A program made the translations under genes and the position numbers. DNA of 36,265 bases, taken from Sphingomonadales bacterium (GTDB lineage Bacteria > Pseudomonadota > Alphaproteobacteria > Sphingomonadales > Sphingomonadaceae). Under the pieces are notes generated by a model. The model searched no databases, was not told the origin of the DNA, and saw only the letters and a program-made list of their open reading frames with translations. Below, piece by piece: positions 1-10,544 of the stretch (position 1 is its first letter; the number at the start of each line of letters is the position of its first letter). The stretch lies in NCBI GenBank assembly GCA_017304105.1, contig JAFKLU010000355.1, positions 1 through 36,265 of the forward strand, given 5' to 3'.

Positions 1-1194
<1,194 letters not shown>

Positions 1195-2061
1195 TTAGAA
1201 GGTGTAGGCGAGGCCCACCGCGCTGATCAGCTGATCCTTCGCCCCGCGCAGGGAGACGATGGGCGACGTGGCGAAATTGCCGAGCAGGCGTGAATAGGAG
1301 AGGCCGGCCACGAGCACGAAACCGCCGTCCGTCAGGTCTCCGTTCAGATCATAAGCGCAGATCAGCGTAGCGCTGGCGTTCTTGAAGCCGCTGTGGGCGT
1401 CATAGACCGGCAGCCCGGAGCGGGCGCGGCCGGCGGGCGTCACGCCGAAATAATAGTTGGCATAATTGTCGTCGACATGCTCGGCGGTGACGGTGAGCGC
1501 CACGCCCGCCGCACGGCTGACGGGGGAGAGGAAGCTGATCGTCGGCACGATGACCCGCCCCCGGTGCGCGCCGTTGACGTCCCAGCGCATGTCCACGCCG
1601 AACGACAGGCTGTCATAGGGATTGGTGATGCGGTTGATGCTGATGCCGACATTGCCGCCGATCTCGATCGCGGTATCGAGTTGGCCGAGCGCCGCCACGG
1701 CAGGATCGCGGATCTGGCGCGACCGGTCGAACCGCAAACGGCCGACCGGGCCGGCCGTGAACGAAACCCTGGCGTCGCGCGGATCCCGGATGAGATCGAT
1801 GGCGAGACCGGCGGGGCGGGGCGAGATGGTGAAGCCGCCGATCCGGCCCAGAAAGCCGGCAACGGGATAGACGACGTAGGAATCGGAGCCCTCATAGCCC
1901 GGCCCATAGGCGGCGCCGGCGCCCACGGTGAGATAATCACGGTCGAATATGGTCGGCCGGGCGGGAGGCGGGGGCGGCGCCTCCTGCGCGAGGGCGGCAC
2001 TGCCGATGAGCAGGGACGGGAGGATGAGGAACGGGCCGAAATGTCGGATCGAAGGGGTCAT
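1195..2061 (-). CDS. MipA/OmpV family outer-membrane beta-barrel protein
   Basis: Signal peptide (..LLIGSAALA/QE), YLTVGAGAAYGPGYEGSDSY, YANYYFGVTP, SPIV motif and C-terminal AYTF barrel signal. Start placed at MTPSIRH. Confidence 0.85.
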   Translation of the reverse strand: MTPSIRHFGPFLILPSLLIGSAALAQEAPPPPPARPTIFDRDYLTVGAGAAYGPGYEGSDSYVVYPVAGFLGRIGGFTISPRPAGLAIDLIRDPRDARVSFTAGPVGRLRFDRSRQIRDPAVAALGQLDTAIEIGGNVGISINRITNPYDSLSFGVDMRWDVNGAHRGRVIVPTISFLSPVSRAAGVALTVTAEHVDDNYANYYFGVTPAGRARSGLPVYDAHSGFKNASATLICAYDLNGDLTDGGFVLVAGLSYSRLLGNFATSPIVSLRGAKDQLISAVGLAYTF

Positions 2062-2135
2062 ATCGTCTTCGCAACGGGCCAGTGCTTGTTCGGTTGCGCC
2101 GGAGACCGTGTCGATCCGACCCGAAGCGCAGGCGG

Positions 2136-2151
2136 TCAAGCGCTTCTTAAC
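2136..2151 (+). promoter_or_regulatory. Candidate CtrA box TCAA-N7-TTAAC
   Basis: One mismatch to TTAA-N7-TTAAC; sits at -39..-24 relative to ATG 2175. Confidence 0.55.
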
Positions 2152-2174
2152 CGCTTGGGCCCATGCTTAACGGC

Positions 2175-2360
2175 ATGGGCCGCAGACACAAGCCGAACGA
2201 CCGCGTCACGCTCGCTTTCCGCCTCGCGGATGGGGCGCTGCTGACGGTCGAGGCCGCGCCGGAGACGCTCCGGTTCGTTGGCCGCTACAGCCGGCTCAGG
2301 GCGTTCGGTCCGCTGGGGAAACCGCTCGATGCGCATGTGGTGGCGAACGGCCACGGTTGA
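2175..2360 (+). CDS. Small hypothetical protein (61 aa), probably leaderless
   Basis: MGRRHKPNDRVTLAFRLADGALLTVEAAPETLRFVGRYSRLRAFGPLGKPLDAHVVANGHG. Mostly G/C third positions, fills the mipA-tgt gap without overlap, and has a promoter-like motif directly upstream. Confidence 0.55.
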   Translation: MGRRHKPNDRVTLAFRLADGALLTVEAAPETLRFVGRYSRLRAFGPLGKPLDAHVVANGHG

Positions 2361-3578
<1,218 letters not shown>

Positions 3579-3608
3579 TGCGGCGGGGTTTTTTCATGAG
3601 GGCGCCGA

Positions 3609-3692
3609 GTCAGCCCGGACTTGATCCGGGCTCACGCTTTCTTCACGGGTGATTTTCAGGATGGGCTGAGCCCCGGACCATGTCCGGGGTGA
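3609..3692. repeat. REP-like inverted doublet (CCCGGACTTGATCCGGG type)
   Basis: GTCAGCCCGGACTTGATCCGGGCTCA (3609-3634) and an inverted degenerate copy TGAGCCCCGGACCATGTCCGGGGTGA (3667-3692). Each copy is internally palindromic. Confidence 0.75.
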
Positions 3693-3742
3693 GGAAAAGA
3701 ATGACCTCCGTGCGGGGGGAAGAAGGAGAGCGCTCCGTCATC

Positions 3743-6421
3743 ATGGACACTGCATTGGACCGCGCCCGGCTGCACTCGCCATTCCTTGCCAGGCAGATGG
3801 AGGCCTTTCCCGAACTGGTCGCGCGCGTGCAGGCCGGGGAGGCTGCCGCTGCGTGGGAAAGCGCGCGTATGGCGGCGGCGGAAGAGCCCGTCGACAAGCG
3901 GCTGCGCATCCGCCGGCGGGGCGTCGCGCTGGTGGCGGCGCTTGCCGATCTGGCCGGCATCTGGGATCTCGATACGGTCACGCGCCTGCTCTCGGACTTT
4001 GCCGACGATGCGATCGAGCAGGCGCTCGCCGCCGCCTTCGCCGAGCGCTATCCGGACGAGGCGCCGCGCGGCGTCGCGCTGATCGCGCTTGGCAAGCATG
4101 GCAGCGGCGAGCTGAATTATTCCTCCGATATCGACCCGATCCTGATCTTCGATCCCGAGACCATGCCGCGGCGCGCGCGGGAGGAGCCGCAGGAAGCTGC
4201 GCTCCGCGTCGCACGGCGCATGGTGGCCTTGCTCTCCGAGCGGACGGGCGATGGCTATGTGTTCCGCGTGGACCTGCGCCTGCGCCCGAGCCCCGAGGCC
4301 TCGCCGATCATCCTGCCGGTGAATGCGGCCATCTCTTATTATGAGAGCGCGGCGGTGGGTTGGGAGCAGGCGGCGTTCATCCGCGCGCGGGCGGCGGCGG
4401 GGGACATTGCGCTGGGGCGCAACTTCCTCTCGGCGATTCGGCCGTTCGTGTGGCGGCGCAGCCTTGATTTCGGCGCGATCCGCGCGATCAGCGACGTTTC
4501 GCGCCGCATCCGCGCGCATTATGCGAGCGGCCAGCGTTTCGCGCCGGGCTATGACCTCAAGCGCGGGCGCGGCGGCATCCGCGAGGTGGAGTTCTTCGCG
4601 CAGGCGCATCAGCTCATCCATGGCGGGCGCAACCCCGCCCTGCGCGCGCCCGCCACGCGCGATGCGCTGCGCGCGCTCGAAGCCGCCGGACTGATGACGG
4701 CCGAGCGCGCGGCAGCGCTCGATGCGGCTTATGTGATGCTGCGCACCATCGAGCATCGCCTGCAGATGGTCGATGATCGCCAGACCCACAGCCTGCCGTC
4801 GGACGCGGCGGCGCTGGACAATGTGGCGCGGCTCGCGGGCATTGCCGATGGCGGCGCGCTGCTCGCCACGCTGCTGCCGCATGTCGAGGCGACCGGGCTC
4901 ATCTTCGACACGCTGGTGGGCGAGGAGGAGGCCGGGGACGAGCGCCTGCCGGACGAGGAGCGGGCGCTGGCCCGGCAACTCGGCGATATCGGCATCGAGG
5001 AGACCGATCCCTTCGTGCAGCGCATCGCGCGGTGGCGCGACGGCAGCCTGCGCGCCCTGCGCAGCACGGCGGCGCGCGAGGCTCTGGAGGAGCTGCTGCC
5101 GGTGCTGATGCGCGAGATAGCGCGCGCGCCCGCGCCGCTCCATGCGCTCAACAAGCTGGATCAGGTGATTTCCGGCCTGCCGACCGCGATCAACCTGCTG
5201 CGCCTGCTCGTGGCGCGGCCCGGCCTGGCGGAGACGCTGGTGCTGATCCTGGCCCATGCCCCCACGCTGGCCGATGCGCTGGGCCGGCGCCCGGCGCTGT
5301 TCGACGGCCTGATCGACCAGAGCGCGCTCGACCTGCCGCCGGATGTGCCGGCGCTCGTCGCGGACATGCACGCGCGCGACACAAGCGAGGATTTCCAGCA
5401 GCGGCTCGATCATGTGCGCCACGTGGTGAGCGAGCGGCGCTTTGCGCTCGGCGTGCAGATCGTCAGTCGCGAGGTCGATCCGCTGGAAGTGGGGCGCGGC
5501 TATTCGCGCGTGGCCGAGGCAGCGGTCGAGGTGCTCGCCGGGGCGGCGATCGCGGAGTTCGAGCAGGCGCATGGCAAGGTGCCGGGCAGCGAGTTGGTCA
5601 TCCTGGCGCTGGGCCGGTTCGGCGGCGGGCTGCTGACCCATGCCTCGGACCTCGATCTCGTCTTCCTGTTCACGGGCGACTTCCATACGGAGTCCGACGG
5701 CCGACGGCCGCTCGGCGCGACGCTCTACTTCAACCGCCTCGCCCAGCGCGTCATCAACGCGCTCTCGGTGCCGACCGCCGCCGGTGCGCTCTACGAAGTG
5801 GATACGCGGCTGCGCCCTTCCGGCAATCAGGGGCCGATCTCGGTCAGCTTCGAGAGCTTCGCGCGCTATCAGGCGGAAAGCGCCTGGACATGGGAGCATC
5901 TGGCGTTGACGCGGGCGCGGCCCGTGTTCGGATCGGCGCAGGCGCGCGCTGAGATAGGGGCCATCATCGGGGATGCGCTCCATGCCGAGCGCGACGCGGC
6001 CGCGCTGCTGCGCGAGGCGGTGAAGATGCGCAGCGACATCGCCACCCACAAGCCCCCGGCCGGGCCGCTCGACGTGAAGCTGGCGCCTGGCGGGCTCGTC
6101 GATCTGGAATTCCTCATCCACGTGACGCAGCTCACCCATCGCACCGGCTTCTCGCCCAGTCTCAACGTGGCGCTGGAGGCGCTGATCGGCGCCGGGCTGC
6201 TCGATCCGGCGCTGCGCGATGCGGCGGATCTGCTGACGCGCTATCTGGTCGTCTCGCGGCTCGTGGCGCCGCAATCGACCGAGCCCGCAGAGGAAAGCCG
6301 CTGGCTGGTGGCGCGCGCCTGTGGCGCGAAGGACTGGGCCGAGCTGCTTGCCCGAATCGAGGCGGCGCGGCAGATCATCGGCGAGAACTGGCAGGCCCTT
6401 GCCGCCGAAGCGAAAGGATAG
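3743..6421 (+). CDS. glnE: Bifunctional glutamine synthetase adenylyltransferase/deadenylylase
   Basis: Two nucleotidyltransferase halves: LGKHGSGELNYSSDID / VFRVDLRLRP / GGIREVEF and LGRFGGGLLTHASDLD / YEVDTRLRPSG / GGLVDLEF. Start moved to MDTAL because the track start at 3680 lies inside the REP. Confidence 0.96.
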   Translation: MDTALDRARLHSPFLARQMEAFPELVARVQAGEAAAAWESARMAAAEEPVDKRLRIRRRGVALVAALADLAGIWDLDTVTRLLSDFADDAIEQALAAAFAERYPDEAPRGVALIALGKHGSGELNYSSDIDPILIFDPETMPRRAREEPQEAALRVARRMVALLSERTGDGYVFRVDLRLRPSPEASPIILPVNAAISYYESAAVGWEQAAFIRARAAAGDIALGRNFLSAIRPFVWRRSLDFGAIRAISDVSRRIRAHYASGQRFAPGYDLKRGRGGIREVEFFAQAHQLIHGGRNPALRAPATRDALRALEAAGLMTAERAAALDAAYVMLRTIEHRLQMVDDRQTHSLPSDAAALDNVARLAGIADGGALLATLLPHVEATGLIFDTLVGEEEAGDERLPDEERALARQLGDIGIEETDPFVQRIARWRDGSLRALRSTAAREALEELLPVLMREIARAPAPLHALNKLDQVISGLPTAINLLRLLVARPGLAETLVLILAHAPTLADALGRRPALFDGLIDQSALDLPPDVPALVADMHARDTSEDFQQRLDHVRHVVSERRFALGVQIVSREVDPLEVGRGYSRVAEAAVEVLAGAAIAEFEQAHGKVPGSELVILALGRFGGGLLTHASDLDLVFLFTGDFHTESDGRRPLGATLYFNRLAQRVINALSVPTAAGALYEVDTRLRPSGNQGPISVSFESFARYQAESAWTWEHLALTRARPVFGSAQARAEIGAIIGDALHAERDAAALLREAVKMRSDIATHKPPAGPLDVKLAPGGLVDLEFLIHVTQLTHRTGFSPSLNVALEALIGAGLLDPALRDAADLLTRYLVVSRLVAPQSTEPAEESRWLVARACGAKDWAELLARIEAARQIIGENWQALAAEAKG

Positions 6422-6424
6422 CGC

Positions 6425-6889
6425 ATGCTCAGCGAAGGCGATTCCCTCCCCGATGTCACGCTGACCGGCGTGGATGGAGCGCCGCTGCGGCTCGCCGATT
6501 ATCGCGGCAAGCCGGTGGTGGTCTATTTCTACCCCAAGGCGGACACGCCCGGCTGCACGACCGAGGCGATCGACTTTTCCGGGCTGATCGACGAATTCGG
6601 CGCGCTCGGCGTGCCGGTGATCGCGGTGTCGCGAGACCCGGTGAAGAAGCTCGCCCGCTTCGCCGAGAAGCACGGCCTCTCTGTGACGCTCGCCTCCGAT
6701 GCGGACGAGAGCGTGTGCGAGGCATTCGGCACCTGGGTCGAGAAGAGCCTCTACGGCCGCAAATATATGGGCATTGAGCGCGCGACCTTCCTTGCCGACA
6801 AGGACGGGACGATCGTGAAGCTGTGGCCCAAGGTGAAGGTGAAGGGCCACGCCGCCGAGGTGCTGGCCGCGGTGAAGGCGCTGGGCTGA
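6425..6889 (+). CDS. bcp: Peroxiredoxin Bcp/PrxQ
   Basis: YFYPKADTPGCTTEA, second Cys in SVCEAFG, YGRKYMGIERATFL. Confidence 0.96.
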   Translation: MLSEGDSLPDVTLTGVDGAPLRLADYRGKPVVVYFYPKADTPGCTTEAIDFSGLIDEFGALGVPVIAVSRDPVKKLARFAEKHGLSVTLASDADESVCEAFGTWVEKSLYGRKYMGIERATFLADKDGTIVKLWPKVKVKGHAAEVLAAVKALG

Positions 6890-6965
6890 GCGCGGCTGCG
6901 CCCCTGTGCGCCTGCCGCCAAGCGGGCGTGACGGGCGCCTCTTTTCCGGCTAACGGCCCCTCCCG

Positions 6966-7703
6966 ATGACCGGCGCCTTCATCATCGTCACCGCGGCTTT
7001 CACCGCCTTCCTTTCCGGCATTCTCGGCATGGCGGGTGGGCTGCTGCTGATGGGCGCGCTCGCGCTGGTCCTCCCGGTCTCGGCGGCGTTCGTCACCCAT
7101 GGCCTGTTGCAGCTCGTCGCCAATGGCTGGCGCGCGATCGTGCACCGCGCCCATGTCGATCTGGCGATCCTGCGCAACTATGCGCTGGCCTCTTTTGCTG
7201 CGGCTGCGTTGGTGCTGCTGGTGGGCTATGTTCCCTCCCGGCCCCTGCTTTTCCTGCTCCTCGGGCTGGTGCCGATGCTGATCTGGCTGCCGCGTCGCTG
7301 GGTGCGGCTGGATGCGGCGAAGACGCCCCATGCGCTCGCCTCCGGCTTGCTGGTGACGGGACTTAACCTGACCGCGGGCGTCGCCGGGCCGCTGCTCGAC
7401 ATCTTCTTCGTCCGCACCGACCTCACCCGACATCAGATTGTCGCCACCAAGGCGGCGACCCAGGTTTTCAGCCATCTCGCCAAGATCGCGGTGTTCGGCA
7501 CGCCGATGCTCCTGGCTCAGGATGGCGCGATGCCGGACGCATGGGTGTTCGCGCTCGCCATTCCGCTGTCGATGTGCGGCACGGTCGCGGGCGGATGGGT
7601 GCTGGACCGGATCAGCGACGTCAATTTCAAGCGCTGGACCGCCCGGATCGTGACTGCGATCGGCCTCGGCTATCTGGCGAAAGCGGGGCTGGCATGGCAG
7701 TGA
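6966..7703 (+). CDS. TauE/SafE (TSUP) family membrane exporter
   Basis: Highly hydrophobic 245 aa; LSGILGMAGGLLL, THGLLQLVANG and GVAGPLL motifs. Confidence 0.8.
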   Translation: MTGAFIIVTAAFTAFLSGILGMAGGLLLMGALALVLPVSAAFVTHGLLQLVANGWRAIVHRAHVDLAILRNYALASFAAAALVLLVGYVPSRPLLFLLLGLVPMLIWLPRRWVRLDAAKTPHALASGLLVTGLNLTAGVAGPLLDIFFVRTDLTRHQIVATKAATQVFSHLAKIAVFGTPMLLAQDGAMPDAWVFALAIPLSMCGTVAGGWVLDRISDVNFKRWTARIVTAIGLGYLAKAGLAWQ

Positions 7704-8441
7704 GTTTGGGTGAAGCCTGCGTGAATGTGCTGCGCTGCAACGATCCGCAGGAGAAGGTGATGGCGGCGCGCAAGGTGGCGCGCGACTGGCGCCTTGGCCG
7801 GCTCGATCATCGCTTCGGTGTCGCCGTGCCGGATCGGCCCGGCCGCCCGGAGCGCCCCGAGCTGCTCCCGCCCAACCGGATGCCCAATCGCCGCAAGGGC
7901 GGCTCCGAGCGTGCCCGCGTCGCGATGATCCATGCGCTCGCCCATATCGAGTTCGTCGCAATCGATCTGGCGTTCGATCTGGTGGCGCGTTTCGGCGCCG
8001 AATTTCCGGTCGCGTTCGCCGATGAATGGCTGCGCGTCGGCGCGGACGAGGCCATGCACTTCGCGCTGCTCGGCCGGCGCCTGCGGGGAGGCCGCGATTG
8101 AGACTGCGCACGATGCGGCCGCCCGTCTCGCCATCGTGCCCATGGTGCTGGAAGCGCGCGCGCTGGACATCACGCCGGAAACCATCGTGCGTTTCACACG
8201 TTTTGGCGACGAGCGGACTGCGCGAATGCTGCAGCGAATCGTTGACGACGAGATTCGTCATGTCGCCGCAGGGACGAAATGGTTTTTGTGGTCGATGAAT
8301 CGATCGGGCGCAAACCCGCAGGAAAGCTACCAAGAGCTTGTGCGGCGGCACTTTCGTGGTGCCGTTAAGCCGCCGTTCAACGACTCAGCGCGCGGTCAGG
8401 CCGGTTTGACGCGCGATTTCTACGGCCCCCTTGCGGGTTAA
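7694..8441 (+). pseudogene. DUF455 ferritin-like protein, frameshifted or internally deleted near 8087
   Basis: N-half (frame of ORF 7541): PGRPERP..HALAHIEFVAIDLAFD..DEAMHF. C-half (frame of ORF 7932): EAAIETAHD..LAIVPMVLEARALD..DEIRHV..PPFN. Junction CTG CGG G GAG; the first frame stops at 8101. Confidence 0.85.
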
Positions 8442-8536
8442 CTCTTTATCAGGTCGAACACCCTCAACCGGTGCTCATGCACTGGAAAGCAAAAATCTTT
8501 GAGGGCCCATCCCACAGGGTCCATCACGGGGTTCGC

Positions 8537-9226
8537 ATGATTCAGCCTATTGCCGCCGCCATGACTCATGGCCTCCTTCGAGGCGCATTCAAGCTGGTGG
8601 CTATGGCGGCAGTCTTGGTTGCCGCGCCGGCACTTGCCGGTGAGAACGCACGGGACGCCCAGTTTTCCTCGCTCTACGCAGCCTGGGTGAAGATGGAGAA
8701 CGCGACCGAGCAGAGCACGCGCACCAAGGCTTCCATTCCCTCGCGCGAGCCGGTCGACAACGTCACGCTCACCTCCAGCTTCGGTAACCGCAAGGACCCG
8801 TTCAACGGTGGTCGGCGCATGCACCAGGGCATCGATATTCCGGGCCCGCTCGGCACGCCGGTTTATGCGACGGCTGATGGCGTCGTCGCCCGTGCGCAGT
8901 GGGCCAACGGTTACGGCAATCTCGTCGAGATCAATCACGGCAATGGCCTCGAGACGCGCTACGGCCACCTCTCGAAGCTGATCGCCCAGCCCAATGAGCG
9001 CGTGCGTCGCGGCCAGCTGATCGGCCTGATGGGTTCGACCGGCCGCTCGACCGGCAGCCACCTGCACTATGAAGTGCGGATCGCCGGCAGCGCCGTGAAC
9101 CCGATCCCCTATATCGAGGGCACCAATTACGAGCTGGCCCTGGCCGAAGCCAAGGCGCATGACGAGCGTCAGATCGCCATGGGCGGTCCGGAAGCGCGCC
9201 GCGCGGCCGACAACAAGGACAAGTAA
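8537..9226 (+). CDS. M23 family (LytM) metallopeptidase with signal peptide
   Basis: HQGID (HxxxD), YGHLS, GRSTGSHLHYEV (HxH); N-terminal signal ..AAPALA. Confidence 0.93.
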   Translation: MIQPIAAAMTHGLLRGAFKLVAMAAVLVAAPALAGENARDAQFSSLYAAWVKMENATEQSTRTKASIPSREPVDNVTLTSSFGNRKDPFNGGRRMHQGIDIPGPLGTPVYATADGVVARAQWANGYGNLVEINHGNGLETRYGHLSKLIAQPNERVRRGQLIGLMGSTGRSTGSHLHYEVRIAGSAVNPIPYIEGTNYELALAEAKAHDERQIAMGGPEARRAADNKDK

Positions 9227-9257
9227 GTCCCGCTCGTCCAGCTGGACGACAAGAAGC

Positions 9258-9289
9258 AAGCGCTCGGGGTTCCGGGCGCTTTTTTCTTT
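9258..9289 (+). terminator. Rho-independent terminator after the M23 gene
   Basis: AAGCGCTCGG-GGTT-CCGGGCGCTT followed by TTTTCTTT. Confidence 0.85.
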
Positions 9290-9343
9290 GGCGGCAAGGC
9301 GCGCGCCGGGCGGCGATGGACGGCGCCTATCCGGCGGCCGATG

Positions 9344-9372
9344 CTTGTCGGGCAGGGCCCGAGGCCCTATCT
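9344..9372 (+). promoter_or_regulatory. RpoH(sigma32)-like promoter CTTG-N18-CCTATCT for erpA-xth
   Basis: Matches the alphaproteobacterial RpoH consensus CTTG-N17/18-CYTATNT. Ends 7 nt before ATG 9380; no SD. Confidence 0.6.
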
Positions 9373-9379
9373 TGGCGGC

Positions 9380-9703
9380 ATGGACATCGCCCTCTCTCCG
9401 TCGGCCGCCGCGCGCGTTGCCTGGATCGCACAGCGGCAGAGCAAGCCCGCCATCTTGCGCCTCGCGGTCGAGGGCGGGGGCTGCTCGGGCTTTCAATATC
9501 GTTTCGGCCTCGCCGAGGCGCCCGAGGATGACGACACGGTCGTCGAGACGGACGGCGTGCGCCTCGTGGTCGATTCGATGAGCCTCGATCTGGTGCGTGG
9601 CGGCACCGTGGATTTCGTCGATAATCTGGGCGGCGCCTCGTTCAAGGTCGACAATCCCAATGCGACCGCCGGCTGCGGCTGCGGCACGAGCTTTTCCGTC
9701 TAG
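9380..9703 (+). CDS. erpA: Fe-S cluster insertion protein ErpA (HesB/IscA family)
   Basis: LRLAVEGGGCSGFQY and NPNATAGCGCGTSF. Confidence 0.92.
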   Translation: MDIALSPSAAARVAWIAQRQSKPAILRLAVEGGGCSGFQYRFGLAEAPEDDDTVVETDGVRLVVDSMSLDLVRGGTVDFVDNLGGASFKVDNPNATAGCGCGTSFSV

Positions 9704-9736
9704 CCGAGCGCTTGCCCGAGCGGGTAAGAGCCGGAA

Positions 9737-10510
9737 ATGCGTATCGCGACCTTCAACATCAACGGCATCCGCGCGCGCCTGCCGCGCCTCCTCGAATGGC
9801 TGACGGAGACGCAGCCGGATGTCGCCTGCCTGCAGGAAATCAAGACGCAGGATGAGGGCTTCCCGATCAAGGATATCGAGGAAGCGGGCTATGGCGCCAT
9901 CTGGCACGGCCAGAAGGGGTTCAACGGCGTGGCCATTCTGGCAAAGGGCGCAACGCCCGCAGAGGTGCGGCGCGGGCTGGAAGGCGAGCCGGAGGACGAG
10001 CATAGCCGCTATATCGAGGCGGACGTGAACGGCGTGCGCGTAGCGTCCATCTATCTGCCCAATGGCAATCCGGTGCCCGGCCCCAAGTTTGAATACAAGA
10101 TCCGCTGGATGGCCCGCCTGCGCGCACGCGCGGCGCAGATCTGGGCCGAGGAAGTGCCGGCCGTGCTGGCCGGCGACTATAATGTCATTCCGTTCGACCG
10201 CGATGTCTGGAAGCCGGAAGCCATGGCGAGCGACGCGCTGATGCAGCCGGAGAGCCGCGCCGCCTACAAGGCGCTGCTGGCCGATGGCTGGACGGACGCG
10301 CTGGCGAGCCGCCACCCCAATGGCGGCGTGTGGACCTATTGGGATTATCAGATGAATGCCTGGCCCCGAAATGCAGGCTTCCGCATCGACCATCTGCTGC
10401 TCTCGCCGGCGGCTGCCGACCGGCTGGTCGACGCACAGGTCGACAAGGACCATCGGGGACGCGAGAAGGCGAGCGACCATGCGCCGGTCTGGGTGCGATT
10501 GAAGGACTGA
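9737..10510 (+). CDS. xth: Exodeoxyribonuclease III
   Basis: MRIATFNING, LQEIK, YLPNGNP, GDYN, GFRIDH, SDHAP. Confidence 0.96.
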   Translation: MRIATFNINGIRARLPRLLEWLTETQPDVACLQEIKTQDEGFPIKDIEEAGYGAIWHGQKGFNGVAILAKGATPAEVRRGLEGEPEDEHSRYIEADVNGVRVASIYLPNGNPVPGPKFEYKIRWMARLRARAAQIWAEEVPAVLAGDYNVIPFDRDVWKPEAMASDALMQPESRAAYKALLADGWTDALASRHPNGGVWTYWDYQMNAWPRNAGFRIDHLLLSPAAADRLVDAQVDKDHRGREKASDHAPVWVRLKD

Positions 10511-10512
10511 GC

Positions 10513-10543
10513 CTGGCGGCGCCTGAACGAAGGCGCCGACCAG
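10513..10543. terminator. Hairpin between convergent xth and comM
   Basis: CGGCGCCT-GAACGA-AGGCGCCG with an outer CTGG/CCAG pair; U-tract is weak. Confidence 0.5.
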
Positions 10544-10544
10544 T

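Noticed and set aside
3656-6850. 1064-aa minus-strand ORF
   Set aside because: Codon-aligned shadow of glnE/bcp, typical of high-GC DNA; no domain motifs.
8081-8101. Programmed ribosomal frameshift in DUF455
   Set aside because: No slippery heptamer, and a conserved segment is missing, so a frameshift would not restore a full protein.
6456-10480. 631-aa and 680-aa minus-strand ORFs
   Set aside because: Antisense to well-supported plus-strand genes; low-information composition.
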